Positions 47,501-62,500 of a stretch of DNA of 64,000 nt are shown here, piece by piece. The stretch is from positions 62,001 to 126,000 of the forward strand of contig JAQGDQ010000602.1 in NCBI GenBank assembly GCA_030141605.1, read 5' to 3'. The translations under genes were made by a program, and so were the position numbers. Each line of letters begins with the position of its first letter. Within the stretch, counting starts at the first letter, position 1. This DNA comes from Tubiluchus corallicola (lineage: Eukaryota; Animalia; Priapulida). The notes beneath the pieces were generated by a model. It was not told the origin of the DNA. It was given only the letters and a program-made list of their open reading frames with translations, and made no database searches.

Positions 47501-50500
47501 TTGTTAGAATCAGGAGACAGTGAGATATTGCCACATTGTTAGAATCAAGGAAACAGTGAGATATTGTCACATTGTTAGAATCAGGGAAGCAGTGAGATAT
47601 TGCCACATTGTTAGAATCATTGAAACAGTGAGATATTGCCACATTGTTAGAATCAAGGAAACAGTGAGATATTGCCACATTGTTAGAATCAGAAGACAGT
47701 GAGATATTGCCACATTGTTAGAATCAGGGAAACAGTGAGATATTGCCACATTGTTAGAATCAGGGAAACAGTGAGATATTGTCACATTGTTGGAATCAGG
47801 GAAACAGTGAGATATTGCCACATTGTTAGAATCAAAGAAACAGTGAGATATTGTCACATTGTTAGAATCAGGGAAGCAGTGAGATATTGCCACATTGTTA
47901 GAATCATTGAAACAGTGAGATATTGCCACATTGTTAGAATCAAGGAAACAGTGAGATATTGCCACATTGTTAGAATCAGAAGACAGTGAGATATTGCCAC
48001 ATTGTTAGAATCAGGGAAACAGTGAGATATTGCCACATTGTTAGAATCAGGAGACAGTGAGATATTGCCACATTGTTAGAATCATTGAAACAGTGAGATA
48101 TTGCCACATTCTTAGAATCAGGGAAACAGTGAGATATTGCCACATTGTTAGAATCAGGGAAACAGCGAGATATTGCCACATTTTTAGAATCAGGGAAACA
48201 GTGAGATATTGCCACATTGTTAGAATCAGGAGACAGTGAGATATTGCCACTTTGTTAGAATCAGGGAAACAGTGAGATATTGCCACATTGTTAGAATCAT
48301 TGAAACAGTGAGATGCCACATTGTTAGAATCAGGGAAACAGTGAGATATTGCCACATTGTTAGAATCAGGGAAACAGTGAGATACTGCCACATTGTTAGA
48401 ATCAGGGAAGCAGTGAGATATTGCCACATTGTTAGAATCAGGAGACACTGATATATTGCCACATTGTTAGAATCAGGGAAACAGTGAGATACTGCCACAT
48501 TGTTAGAATCAGGGAAGCAGTGAGATACTGCCACATTGTTAGAATCAGGGAAGCAGTGAGACACTGCCACATTGTAGTATTCGGATCTGATTCCAAGCAA
48601 GTGCATTTATAGGACAGATATACAGTCATACCTCCGTTGTCGAACGCCTCCGTACTCGTACAAATCGGTTTTTGACCAGAAAATTCGAGCTGAAAGTGTT
48701 TCCTCTCTCCACCAGAATTTAAGTAGTTAACCAATCGCCAAACACGTGATAAACGTATGCATTGCGAGCCGAGTAGAGCCGACCGTAACTGACCGCGCCC
48801 GAGAGTAGTCACGTGCAAGATTTTAATCGCCTACCATCACTAAGTGCTTTCTATGCTTATTTTTTTCGCTTTTTCATGCAGGAATAATTATGTTTTTCTT
48901 TCTAAGTAATTCTATTATGTTTTCTTATCAATTGTATCGCATCTACTGTTTGAATAAACATTTTTGCATTATTATATTTTGTTTTAGTAATACTTACAGT
49001 TCATTTGGTGCTTGAGAACGGATTATTTGCTTTTACATTATTTCTTATAGGAATAAATGATTCGCAACTCAACCAAATCAGGTTTTCAAGCATTTTTAGG
49101 AATGAATTATGGTCGAAAACAGAGGTATGACTGTACTGGATACGGATAACCTATTTCGAAAACACATATCTTCTTTTTTAGGTGTTAAGCATTTAGCAAA
49201 GAGTGAATTTCAAGCTCATTCACATTTCCTGCACTTTTTACATTCTGAATGGCTTCTCTAGTAATGAAGCCAATAACTTTCCTAATGTTTACTAAATCAA
49301 ATGTACTTAGGGGTACCTTGTTGGGAAACATCCTGAATCTTATATTTAGGTGCAACTTGCACCTGAGGTGCCACCTTAGCAACCGGCGAAGGAGTTACCT
49401 TAGCAACCTGTAAACAAAACAGAAGATTACGCCTGATTTACTGCAGCACTAATGTAAAGCTTGTTCGAAATGAAAAAAAAAACTTGTTCAAAACTGTTCT
49501 TCATCACTGCTTTTCATTGAGAAGATCTCAGGGTTTATTTTTAAAATTAACAGACAATGAATAAACTATGATAATGAATTCTATTAATTTTTTTATTAGA
49601 AAAATCCAATATTTCTACTGCTCACTAGTAGTCATCGCCAGGAAGAAATGATGACTGACGATGAGAACTAATGTACAGTAGAAATACTAAATTTTTCTAA
49701 TGAAAATTTAATGAAATTTATTATACCGTGAGAAGTTATCAGATATCGACATTTATAAAATGTGAACTGGAATAACTTGGAGTTAAGAAATGCTGAATTC
49801 GGTTGGTCAGCTATAGTGATGAACTTTGAACAACCTTGACCACTGGAAGAGACAGTGGCCGAGTGGTCTAAGACATCTGCTACTGTCCGCAGAACGTTGC
49901 TGGTTCAAATCCAGGTTGCAACCCAATTTTTTGGCATTTTCTGTGTTTCAGGTTTGCAATCAAAACTTGTGGGTCTGTATCATTATGGAGTAGATAATTA
50001 ACTGTTACTAATTCTGACCAATTCAACAAATGCTGTCCTTGACAAACATTCACAATTGACCACAGGGCAGTGAAACAATGTCCTCTCTATTTTTTTGTGA
50101 AAATACTTATTTTTATTTTGAGGCAGAGAAATATAGTTTATCTTTTACAAATTTAACATTTGACCGAAGAACGGAGGTGTCGATGCATTTTACAATTTAC
50201 AGATACATACAATCATTCTTAAAATCACAAAATTATATCAATTGGAAATAATGCTAAGCTTAAAAAATTTTAAAAGTCACCTTAAAATTGAATAACATAC
50301 AAAATACAGTTATAACTCGGTTTTCGAACGTCTCAGTACTCGTACAAATTGGTTTTTGACCAGAAAATTCGAGTTGAAATTGTCTCCGTTCTTGACCAGA
50401 ATTTCGGTACTCGACCAACCGCCAGGCATGTGATGAACGCATGCACAGCGAGCCGAGTAGAGCTGAGCGTAACCGACTGCACCCGAGAGTAGTCGCACAC

Positions 50501-53500
50501 GTGTTTCTGCTCTTGCCTACGTATACCATCACACTGCTACCAATACGTAAGGTTTTTCATGCAGGAATAATTATGTAATTCTTCCTAAGGAATTCTACAC
50601 TATGTTTTTCTTATCAATTATATCATATCTACTCTTTGAATAAACATTTTTGCATTAGTATGTTTCGTTTTAGTAATACTTTACAGTTCATTTGGTGCTT
50701 GAGAATGGACTATTTGCTTTTACATTATTTCTTATAGGAATAAATGATTCGGTTTTCAAACACTTTTTAGGAATGAATTACGGTCGAAAACAGAGGTATG
50801 ACTGTAGAACTATAATTCATAAAGCTGCCTAAAAAGTTGAGCTTTGAAGTGTTTTTTAAAAGTTTGTAATGTTGGTAGTTGACGCATAGTTAATGGTAAA
50901 CAATTCCACAACCGTGCAGCAGTAACTGTTAAAGCATGATAACCAAATGTTTCTTGCTTGCTTATGTCTGGGTTCCTTTATCCATAAAGGATCAGCTGCT
51001 GCGCAGGTGCGCGAAGCGTAACAATTTCCACCTTGTAAAGTTCTTACCCTACGTATTTGTAATTTCTAGTCAATGAATCTAATCTAATCTAATCTGCATA
51101 CAATCACGTACAAAATACAGCTGTTATTTTTACCGCACAACCATCACTCACCCGCTTTAAGACCGGCAAATATTCAGCAGGTGATCTTTTGCCAGGAATG
51201 GAGCTTTGACAATCTGATTTGGCCGATTTTCCCGCCCCCATGATGGAAGGGGACGAGAAAGAATGCTCCCCGGCATTTGTTGCATACTTCCCATCTGAAA
51301 GAGGAACACCCGAGTCGCTCATCCACTGTTCCGGATGACAGGATACTTCACTGGCAGCAGGCACGTTTGGATTTGGACGAATATCCTTTCTCATGGACTT
51401 GTCAATACACATAGACAACGGAGCTGAAGTCTTTGTGCTAAAAAATGACCAATAATTGTCAAAAACAGATTATAGGTGGATAGAAGGATAATTTAATGAA
51501 AAATCCTGGTTTTACTTTAAAAGGGATATTTTGCAACCCATTACAGGATGCTTCTTCAGTGTGAACATAAGAAATACAGAAAATCTTGAAAAACAAATTA
51601 TGTCCAATGTTTGTTTTGAAAAAACAAAATAATATTTTTTGTGTATCAAGATTTACCACAATTCTTACATTCACTGTGAAAAAAAACTGTAATGGTTTGC
51701 GTAATATCTTGTTTGTTTTTAAAATAAGTGAAATTTTTGATTAATTTGTCCAGGTATCTGTTTATCATTTGCGTTTTATCAATAATGGATCTATATCTTG
51801 TATATCAGATGGTAGAGGTGCACAGATATTAGACTGAGGTCAAGAGGTCGGCAACCAAACAACAATATCAGATTCTAATGTCTTGCAGACATCAGCACAG
51901 GACGTCTAACAAACGGTGAGATAATGTCAGGATTGGACAATGAAACAACATCAAGATCTGGCTTTGCAAAAACTTCCGTTTATGATGAAAAGTTAATGTC
52001 TACCGAAAGTCAGAGGGTAAGGATCTAATGAGAGATAAAAATCCCAACAATCAAAAATGTACATTTGGAATTACTCGTTTCCATAAAATTTAACGAGTCT
52101 TGGACACGTTAATAAATCTCCATCCACAAAAACACAACAATAAAAAATGTACACTTGGAATTACTTGTTTCCACAAAATTTAACAAGTCTTGGACATGTT
52201 AACAAATCTCCATCCACAAAAACACAACAATCAAAAATGCACACTTGAAATTACTTGTTTCCACAAAATTTAACGAGTCTTGGACATGTTAACAAATCTC
52301 CATCCACAAAAACACAACAATCAAAAATGTACACTTGGAATTACTCGTTTCCATAAAATTTAACAAATCTTGAATACGTTAATAAATCTCTGTCCACAAA
52401 AACACAATCAAAAATGTACACTTGGAATTTCTCGTTTCCACAAAATTTAACGAGTCTTGGACACGTTAATAAATCTCCATCCACAAACACACAACAATCA
52501 AAAATTTACACTTGAAATTACTTGTTTCCACAAAATTCAACGAGTCTTGGACACGTTAATAAATGTCCATCCACAAAAACACAACAATCAAAAATGCACA
52601 CTTGGAATTATTCCTTTCTATGAAATTTAACGAGTTTTGGACATGCTAATAAATCTCCGTCTACAAAAAACTTAAAGATGCGAGACAATAAATAAATAAA
52701 TGCTAAGAAGAGAAAAAATACCGCCGAAAATTCTTTTGTCTCTGGTGATCCATATTAGGTGGCGAAACTGGTCTTTGCGGCAGTGAGCTACGAAAAAACG
52801 GCTCTTGATAAGTCGGCACTCCGATGACTTTCCCCTGCACGTAATTAGAGAATGGTGGTGGTACTGATGCTGCTGCATAACGATCACCGAGGTTCATAAA
52901 AGGTGCTGAGACCTGTTGAACTGTGACGAGCTTTGCTAACTTATCAATCTCCTGTAATATCAAAATGCCTGCCTAACAGTGAATAACAACAATGTAATGA
53001 TGTAATAAAGTACACCAAGTCTAGACAGTAAATGGATGGACGACTGGGAGTAAAACTGTCTACGTACGATTTGATTTCCCATATTGCACTAGGTACTTTC
53101 GTCAGGAGGGCGTGCACATATGTATCCAGATATGACTAAAACACATTTACTGGTTCATTGCCTCTTCTTAGATGACTGTTTTTGATAGCTAGCAAGATTC
53201 CGATCCTACCACACAATTAACATTATATTGTCACTGTGTATGTTGTGTACTGGATGCTAGCCTGCTGTGTGCAAAACTGTACTTAAAAACAACAACAGCA
53301 GCACATATTAAGATTCCCACTATTGCCAGTTAATGTAAGACAAGAAAACACTCTTCCAAGATAAACCTTTGAAAATTCATCTTGAAATTTTATACAGTAG
53401 GCACTGTTTGATAGACTCACTTTGGGACTGAAGTGTTTTGACCCAGTTAACCATTTGAACCTATTAACCGATGGGTGTGGTATTACTGGTGTAGAAGTAT

Positions 53501-56500
53501 GAGTCAACAGCTGTGAGTGCACTGCAAAGATTTTTAATGGATTTTAGAAACTAAGTACAGTCAACCCTCGTTAAACCGGACTAATTGGGGGGGGGGGGGT
53601 CCGGTTTAGCCGATTGTCCGATTTATCCGATATGCCTATATATGGTCTATATTATACAGGAATAATAACCTTAATAAGGCCTACATACATTGCACTATAT
53701 ACTATACCGTATATTACTTTAAAATAGTTAACCTGTGAGGATACAGAAATTATTGTACAGTTGGTAGGCCGTGTTGTGTTTAGCGCTCCGCTATTGGACG
53801 GAAATCGGTCACTTTCCTTTACCACGGATGACGTCCGTCTTATCCAATATCCGAGCTAACGGAGTCCGAGGGTCGACTGTAATGTCTAAATGTCTTTGCA
53901 CAGTTAAAAATTAGAGAAAATATTTTAAAATATTAGTTTATATGAGTGAATTAAAATTAAAAAGTATAGTTTTCTAAATCACACAAGTACGTTTATTTGC
54001 AAAAATGACAAAAATTTCTTCAAAGTCGGCTGCTTCATCTTATCACAAGAACTAAGTGATTAAACTTTCGGGTAAAAACATACTGCTGAGCAAGTGATTA
54101 AATGTTTAGCTTCCAGGAATTTTTGGGTAACGAAGTTAATTGCAATGGACGGGCAGTCAAAGCAAACCATTAGGCTATTATAATTAGGATAGGATAAACG
54201 TTCCTTCTTACAAACAAAACGGTACTTAACATGATTGTTTCTATGTATATTATAAGACAAAAGCGAACTAAGATGATATAAAAGCCATAAAAGCTTATTA
54301 GTCATATAAAAGTGTCTTATTAAAGCACATGAAGCAAAAATATTGAGTCAATTATGCGGAGTTATTTGAATCAATTACTGACAGTTTTTATGTACATTTG
54401 AAGAGAAGTGGCCCGTACCAGGGCCGTAATATTAATTTATATAAGTGAATTAGCAATAAAGTAAAAAGTATACTTTTCTAAATCACACAAGTCTGTTTAT
54501 TAGCAAAAATTTCTTCGAAGTCAGTTGCTTCATTTTATCGCAAAGAAGTACTGAAAATCTGTTGTTGTAAGATGCAAGAATCTTTGTAACATGCTTAGTG
54601 CTTGGCGTGCTTAAACTGTTGGAGGTGCCCGTGTTTTCCCGCAAGTAGTTTTGCCCAAGTTTCGCTTGCTATAATTGTGATATACTTACTGTACTGTACC
54701 TGCGTCCTTAATCAGCAACATCTAACTGATTAAAATTTCGGGCAAAGACAGTCAGGACGTCAAAAGCAAACCGCCAAGCAAGTGATTAAATGCTTAGCTT
54801 CCAGGAATTCTTGAGTAACAAGGTTAATTGCAGTGGACAGGCAGGCCACAGCAAATAATAAGGTTATAATGATTAGTGTATGATAAACGTTACTGCTTAC
54901 AAACAAAACGGTACTTAACAATATTGTTTCTATGTATATTATTGGACAAAAGCAAACTAAGCTGATATAAAAGTCATAAAAGCTTATTAGTCACATGAAA
55001 GTGTCTTATTGAAGCATGTGACATAAAGATAATTGAGTCAATTACGCGACAGTTTTTATGTACATTAGGATAGAAGCGGTCTGTACCAGGCGTTTTTGAG
55101 TCAATCAAGTGATTGAATCTATTAACCGTGAGTCTATTAAGTGGCGCCAACTGTATCAATTAAATCTCTTGCATGTGAGTGCTGTCTTATTGCACATAGG
55201 GCTTGCATCGGCAGCTAGGCAATATAAAACTCAAAAAATTAAATTCCTGCGATGACCACTAGGCACCATCATTTTAACAGTAGGTTGTTTGAAACAAGTT
55301 TAGACAACATTGCATAAAGTTTGAAAGAGTAATCAGCGTATTCGTAGCAGGCTCTTCACTAACTAAGCTACTTTATAAATTACTTTGTAATGTCAATAAA
55401 ATCAATAATATGTTTTTTGTGTATCAGTGGTGCACACTGGGATGGCAGTACAGAGAAATTTTACTAATTAGCACGGATATTTTAAATTATTAAGATTTTC
55501 TTTTTCTAATCATATAAGTCTAGCAAACACGTAAACATAATGATAAGCAATATAACATATATGGAAATTCTTTGCGATAAAATGACAAACTTCATGAAAC
55601 GGAATTTTTAATTTGTACCGAGAATTCGGTTCAAGTGACACAATAATTCAAGTTGCAGATTTCGAGTTACACAATGTTCGTTAAAGGACAAGAAAAGGGG
55701 TACCTGAAGCAGGTTTCAGAAAAATCCCCTTAAAAAATTATATTGCTTTACAGCAATTATATGCGTATATCTTGCTCGCACTGAAAGGAATTTTAGTTTG
55801 TTTTCATTTTAAATCTCCCGCAATACTGTTCCGTAGTCGCCATTACATGACGTCATGCACCAAACGTAAATCAAAGGAAGAAAAGGCAATGTTAAATTAT
55901 GTCTCTAAAGATTTTCCGTGTAAATCTATATTACTTAGATTTTCGCTTACCTGCTAGAAAGATTTATGTAACTAGAAAAGAAAATTATTAATTATTTAAA
56001 CTGTTTTCACCAATTGGTAAAATGTCGCTGACTCACCCTCCAGGGTGCGCCACTCGCTAACAAAAAAACATATTTTTAATCTTATTTACAAGATACAGTA
56101 ATTTTAAATTTTATTTAGTTAGTGACGCGTTACGAATGCTCTGATTATTTTTTCAAACTTTACAAAATGTTATCTAAACTTGTTTCAAATGACCTGTCGT
56201 GACAATGGCTGCATCTAACGGTCACCACGGGAGTTTAAATTTACACGTTTTATACAGCGTTACTGCCGATTGAAGTCCTGCATGCAAAAAGGCAGTAAGT
56301 AAGTGATATAAAATTTCAAAACGAATTTTTTAAGCTTTATGTTTATGAAGGGTTCTCTTGCGCTTTAAAGGGAAAATCCCTTCCAAGAGATCTGTTCGAG
56401 ACACGCAAGAATTCGAGTCATACGAGTTGTACATAGTTTAATGCATTACGTATCAGAATCTTTTTCACAAACAAACCTGGATGATTTGAGTCAACTTCTG

Positions 56501-59500
56501 CTGCTGTGCTGAGAAATGTTGGTTCATCTCCTGACGATTCAACTGTTGTTGCTCAGCAAATTTCTCGCGCATATCAGCGACGGCTTTGCCCACATTTTCC
56601 TGTCGAATTTCCTCCATTTTTTTGTTTAGTGAAAGCAGTGCAGCTTCTTCCTAAATAAATGAAGATAATGGAAATTTATCAAGTAAGTAACGTGATAGAC
56701 TGGTCTGTAAAGATGCAACATCGTGTCTTTTAATACTGCATGCATATCGCCAAAGTGTGTTAGTGTGCTCGTGATAATCTGAGTCAATGATATTTAGCAA
56801 ATTAGCACGCCCTTTACCAAATGCTAATAAAAATGGTGTTGAGTAATTCAACTTGCAGGTGTAGCGTTTACTGTAGATACGTAACAATCAGTGCAGTGAG
56901 CAGTAGTTGACTTGACACAGGCACTGCTAGCAGCCAAAGCGGTTGAAAATGTAAGGTGTTTAATCTGCAGTTAGCTAATTACATTGTTTGCATATAATAA
57001 ACTTGTGAAATGGTAAACATGAATCAGAAAATGCACAAGTCTCTTTAAACTACTTAGACCACCTAGTCCATTAAGACTACTTAGACCACCTAGTCCATTA
57101 AGACTACTTAGACCACCTAGTCCATTAAGACTACTTAGACCACCTAGTCCATTAAGACTACTTAGACCACCTAGTCCATTAAGACTACTTAGACCACCTA
57201 GTCCATTAAGACTACTTAGACAACCTAGTCCATTAAGACTACTTAGACAACCTAGTCCATTAAGACTACTTAGACAACCTAGTCCATCAAGACTACTTAG
57301 ACAACCTAGTCCATCAAGACTACTTAGACCACCTAGTCCATTTAGACTACTTAGACCACCTAGTCCATTAAGACTACCTAAACCACCTAGTCCTTTAAAA
57401 CTACCTAGACCACCTAGTCCATTAAGACTACCTAAACCACCTAGTCCTTTAAAACTACCTAGACCACCTAGTCCATTTAGGCCACTTAGTCCATTTAGAC
57501 TATCTATGCCACTTATTCTATTTAAACTACCTAGACCACCTAGTCCATTTAGACTATCCAGACCACATAGTCTATTTAAACTACCTAAACCACCTAGTCC
57601 ATTTAGACTATCCAGACCACCTAGTCTATTTAAACTACCTAGACCACCTAGTCCATTTAGACTATCCAGACCACCTAGTCTATTTAAACTACCTAGACCA
57701 CCTAGTCCATTTAGACTACCTAATCCATCTAAGCTACCTATACCACCTAGTCGACTCAGACTACCCAGGCCACCTAGTCTATTTAGACTATCTAGACCAC
57801 CTAGTCTATTTAAACTACCTAGACCACCTAGTCCATTTAGACTATCCAGACCACCTAGTCTATTTAAACTACCTAGACCACCTAGTCCATTTAGACTACC
57901 TAATCCATCTAAGCTACCTATACCACCTAGTCGATTCAGACTACCCAGGCCACCTAGTCTATTTAGACTATCTAGACCATTTAAGCCACTTAGTGTTGCC
58001 AGGTGAAAATTTTCAAAATTCTAACAACGTGTTCACATCTCTCATACATACAAACACCCGTAAATCTCACCATGAACTAAAAAATATGTTTACGGTTCAC
58101 TGGAATTGCGAGTTAAATGTTAAACATGCTGTATACATTCTACAAATTGAGGCTACGATGTGAAGAACAATTTGACAAAGTAAAGAAGAGCTACTTACAC
58201 TAGCAACAAGAGATTCAATGCGCTGCAGTTTCTCTTTTTCTTCCGAGTTCGACTCCATTGCTGTCAGTAACTCATTCACATTCTGTTTCACGATTTCTTG
58301 AACTGAGACAATAATGAGTTAACAGAATTATGTGCTTACAATATCCTGCGTATTAGACTATTTAAGTAACAGCTGCTAGCGTAACCAGCAAAGAAGCACC
58401 AGCTCTTTACCAGAAACACCCAGCCGGTAAAATTTTCAAGCAACAAATAATGTGCATGGCAACTGGCAGGGACATTTAGGATTAAAAACACAACTGTCTG
58501 CGACCGAAATCATTGAAAAACTTCTCTAGTTTACATGATTTGATTTGATTTAACTCTTTACTTCGAACTAGGTTCATAAAATACATAACATACAATACTT
58601 ACAAGACATACAATAATTATAACCCCTCCTCTCAACACATACAAATTAATAAATAAATAAATAAAATAACAGTACAGTATATATACAATATCATACTTCT
58701 AGCGTGAATCGTCACCCTTAATTTCTACCTAACACTTTCCTCTCTGATGTCTGGACGTGTAAAATGCGTCACTGTTATTCAATGCCTTTATAAGAACATT
58801 TGAGCTTTGCATTACTCTACTGTATAGACTGTATGCAGTTTTCCTATGTATTACATCAAAGTATAAAACATTGTGGTCTACTGAAATGGTCCTAGAACTA
58901 TAATCATATGGGTAGTTGAAAAGTTTGCGTTTTGCAATATTGTGAGCTACTTTAAGTTTGCTGAGACTGTAGTTATAAAAATGTCGCCAGGTGGCCATAC
59001 CGTAGAAAGAATTACAATAAGAGTTGAACAGATGAGTTTTGACATTAGGTGAACAATGAATGTTAGCTATGATTAATATTTAATATGAATGTAACTTTAC
59101 AATCAAACCTACTCTGGGACAGCAAAAAAGAGATGAGATTAAGTGAGTTTGGCATTATAACCGGGTGCATTGATACATGCATGTCCATGCAAATACCGAC
59201 ATTTTGTTTTGCCAAAAAATGGGCATTAAGCGAAATTGGTGCTGTAACAAGGTTGGACTGTACTTTTACTATAGAGTTAAAATACATTTTGTCAACCAGA
59301 AAGAGGGTTTTGTTTCAAATGTCTTCTATGTATACTAGTGGTTCTTAACCTGGGTTCAATCGAACCCTAAGGGTTCGGTGAGTCGATCTCAGGGGTTCAG
59401 CAGAGCCTCCTCTTATCTTTGTGAGCAATCCTTTTCGAGGATGCTGGACATAAAAACGTAGAAAAGGAACAGACTTTGCTGTGAAAATGACATGAGAGTG

Positions 59501-62500
59501 GCACTTGCCAAGGTGAAGCCACGCATATCTGAACTGGTCTCTCAAAGGCAACAGCAGCAGTCACGCTGATTTGCAGGTATGTAATTTGTTGTGAGTTTAT
59601 GCATTGTGTTGGTTTTGTTCTTTGAACAAGGTGATGTTCATGCACGGCTCATTTTGTGTACCAGTAAAAAACACATCTATGTCTTGAATTTGAAAAAAAT
59701 CATATTTTATTTTTCACTAAAGAGGGGTTCAGTGAATGCGCATATGAAACTGGTGGGGTTCGATACCTCCAACAAGGTTAAGAACCACTGATGTATAACA
59801 AGGTGACAATAGTCTATTTGAAGCCAACATTTAAGTAATTGTTATCATTATTGCAACACTGCTGAAATTACTTTAGAAAATCAAATGTTCTATTTTTCTC
59901 ATATGCAATTTTAAAATTTGTTTGCATGTTTTAAAATGATTTAAAACTTCTGTTTTCTTAAAACCTAATTACAACTGTTAGAGTGATGTAACCTCCTTTG
60001 CCACTTTGTTATATTTAAAATATTAATATATCGTTAATTTGAAGATATTTTTGTAACATTTTTATTCATTACATTTTATTCAATGCATTTTGTAGCACTA
60101 CTAATCTAGTAATAAGCCTTTTAACTGGTATGTCATGTTGACGCGTAGTTGCTACAGGTCAAAGGTCAAGTGTACCACACAATGTGTTCTTACACAAGTG
60201 TCACGTGACCTTATGCATGCCGCATATCTGACTCAGTAAAACGGGTGAAACATGAGGCTAGTTCACACTGAAAATTATCATTCTGTAGAGTTATGCAGTT
60301 TGTTGGGATGGTATTTATTTGTTTGAGCACAACAAAGCTAGGCGTGGTTCTAGCTAGCTGTTGAAACTGTTACTATTATAGCGGCATGAGTTGTGGAGCA
60401 ATGTCAAGTGCACTGACAACACTTAACCTTTGACCTTTCACGATCACCATCAATCACTGGACCTGTGAAAAGGCTTAATATTTCTAATTTCGGGATCATT
60501 CGCTAATGATGCAGAAAAACACACAGTTATAATTCGACTTTTGAAAAAGCATGACCGAAAAGAAAGGTAAAAAGCACGGATTTGAACCGGGGACCTTTGT
60601 ACTGTAAGTCCAGCACCACATTTGTGATTACTTACTTGTATCAAGAGACCGCTGTGTTGCATCTTGCTTTTCGTTACACGTCGTTTTCACATCAAGCTTC
60701 ACACTCTCAACAAGCGATTTCACCTCAGTGATGCACTCCTTGAACATTGTCACCAACGTATGGAGTATGTCCCTAGGAAAATAATTGTCAAAATCAGTCG
60801 TGACTACATGCAAGCGAAGTAAATTGAACAACAAAATGTGTTCTTTTGTTAACCGATAAAGGTACTATAATTTAGTTTAGCAATGCAAAACAAAAAACTA
60901 AAAAAAAAAGAAAGTGTGAAAAATGTGCATTGAAAAGATTTAGAAAGTCACTGCTAACCAACTTTGATTCGAACAAACAAACAAACAAACTTTGATTCAA
61001 CTCAAATGTTCTACAATACAACTTTAAACATTAAACGGTCCCTCCCTACTAACATTTCTTAAGCTAATGAGGCAAGAGAAGAAACGAAATTTTTTGTTGC
61101 TCCTAATCAGTGAGATGCAGACAATCGAACAAGAAACTAAGCAAATGGTTGGCAGTTATCCCACTGCTTGCCTATTAGCTGCTCCATTAATAACATACTT
61201 GATTTGTTGTTCCTGGGCCTTCTCCTTGTTTGATTCCGCATTTCGGGGCAAATCGCATTTTTGCACGGCGCGAGGTGCTACTTTTGTGAGCCGTTCCTGT
61301 GATGCCCGATGCTGCTCTTTTGGAAATAGAGAAGGCATTGACATATACTGCTGATATTCCTGTAAGCAAAAGTAGATGTGGCTGTTATAAGTATTGGTGT
61401 AAAAGTAGTATGACTGAATGTATATGCGCATGGGATAGTACGACTGACGGTGCATTCAGACTAAAGAGTTTTCTCTCTGGACGAGTATTTCTGAGTGTCA
61501 ACTCGCACTTACTGTTGGAGAAAACTTTCAGCAACTCTTGGATTCGCAAAAACTTGCTCAGAGAACTCACAAAGCAGTTCACACTTGGGAGTTTATTCTC
61601 GGGAGAGAAAACCGTCTAGTCTAAACACTCCGTAACTCCGTGAAAGAACAGTACAATTGATTGTACAAGCAAGAAAGAGTAGTATGACTGAATGTATGTA
61701 CAAACAAAGAATAGTAGTACTGACCGTATATACACCAAACGAGTAGTATTACCGAAAGTATCTACACCCAAAAAGTAGTATAACTGAATGTATCTACACT
61801 CAAAGAGTAGCATGACTGAACGTATCTACACCAAAGAAGTAGTATTACCGAAAGTATCTTCACCTAAAGAGTAGTATGACTGAATGTATCTACACTCAAA
61901 GAGTAGTATGACTGACTGTATCTACACTCAAAGAGTAGTATGACCGAATGTATCTACACCCAAAGAGTAGTATGATTGAATGTATCTACAATCAAAGAGC
62001 AGTATGACTGAACGTATCTACACCAAAGGAGTAGTAGGACTGAATGTATCTACACTCAAAGAGTAGTATGACTGAATATAACTACACTCAAAGAGTAGTA
62101 TGACCGAATGTATCTACACTCAAACAGTAGTATTACTGAATATATCTACACGCAAAGAGTAGTATGACTGAATGTATCTACGCTCAGAGTAGTATTATTT
62201 AATGCATACACACATACATACATCACAGCAGCCTATAATAAATATTTGTTTTTCAGTCTCAGCACAAACAAACTGCTTATGGTTCGTTGAAATTTTATCA
62301 AAACATAGTAAGGTAAAAATCATAAAATTTTTACTGTGGAATTAACGCATTAATATTTCGCGTAATCTTTTCTGATAAAAGCAAGTATTTCCTGCGATTT
62401 GATCAACATCTTATTTTATCACATCGTGAAATATAGAGCCAATCAGGCAGTCTACAATACAACATTATAATAAACTGAATTTCTCAATGAATCTTCAGCA

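Noticed and set aside
46829-48575. CRISPR-like array of 36-bp repeats
   Set aside because: Units are contiguous with no unique spacers, there are no cas genes and the context is a eukaryotic intron; it is a minisatellite. The same applies to 2259-3771 and 61675-62200.
49847-49925. Functional tRNA-Leu/Ser
   Set aside because: A and B boxes are present but the acceptor and anticodon stems do not pair; treated as a SINE or pseudogene.
57506-58006. 166-aa Pro-rich ORF (PPSPFRL repeats)
   Set aside because: Translation of a 27-bp satellite, antisense within an intron, with no splice or homology support.
61385-61619. Extra exon of the IHO1-like gene
   Set aside because: The segment has inverted ends and sits inside a tandem array; the flanking exons join in phase without it.
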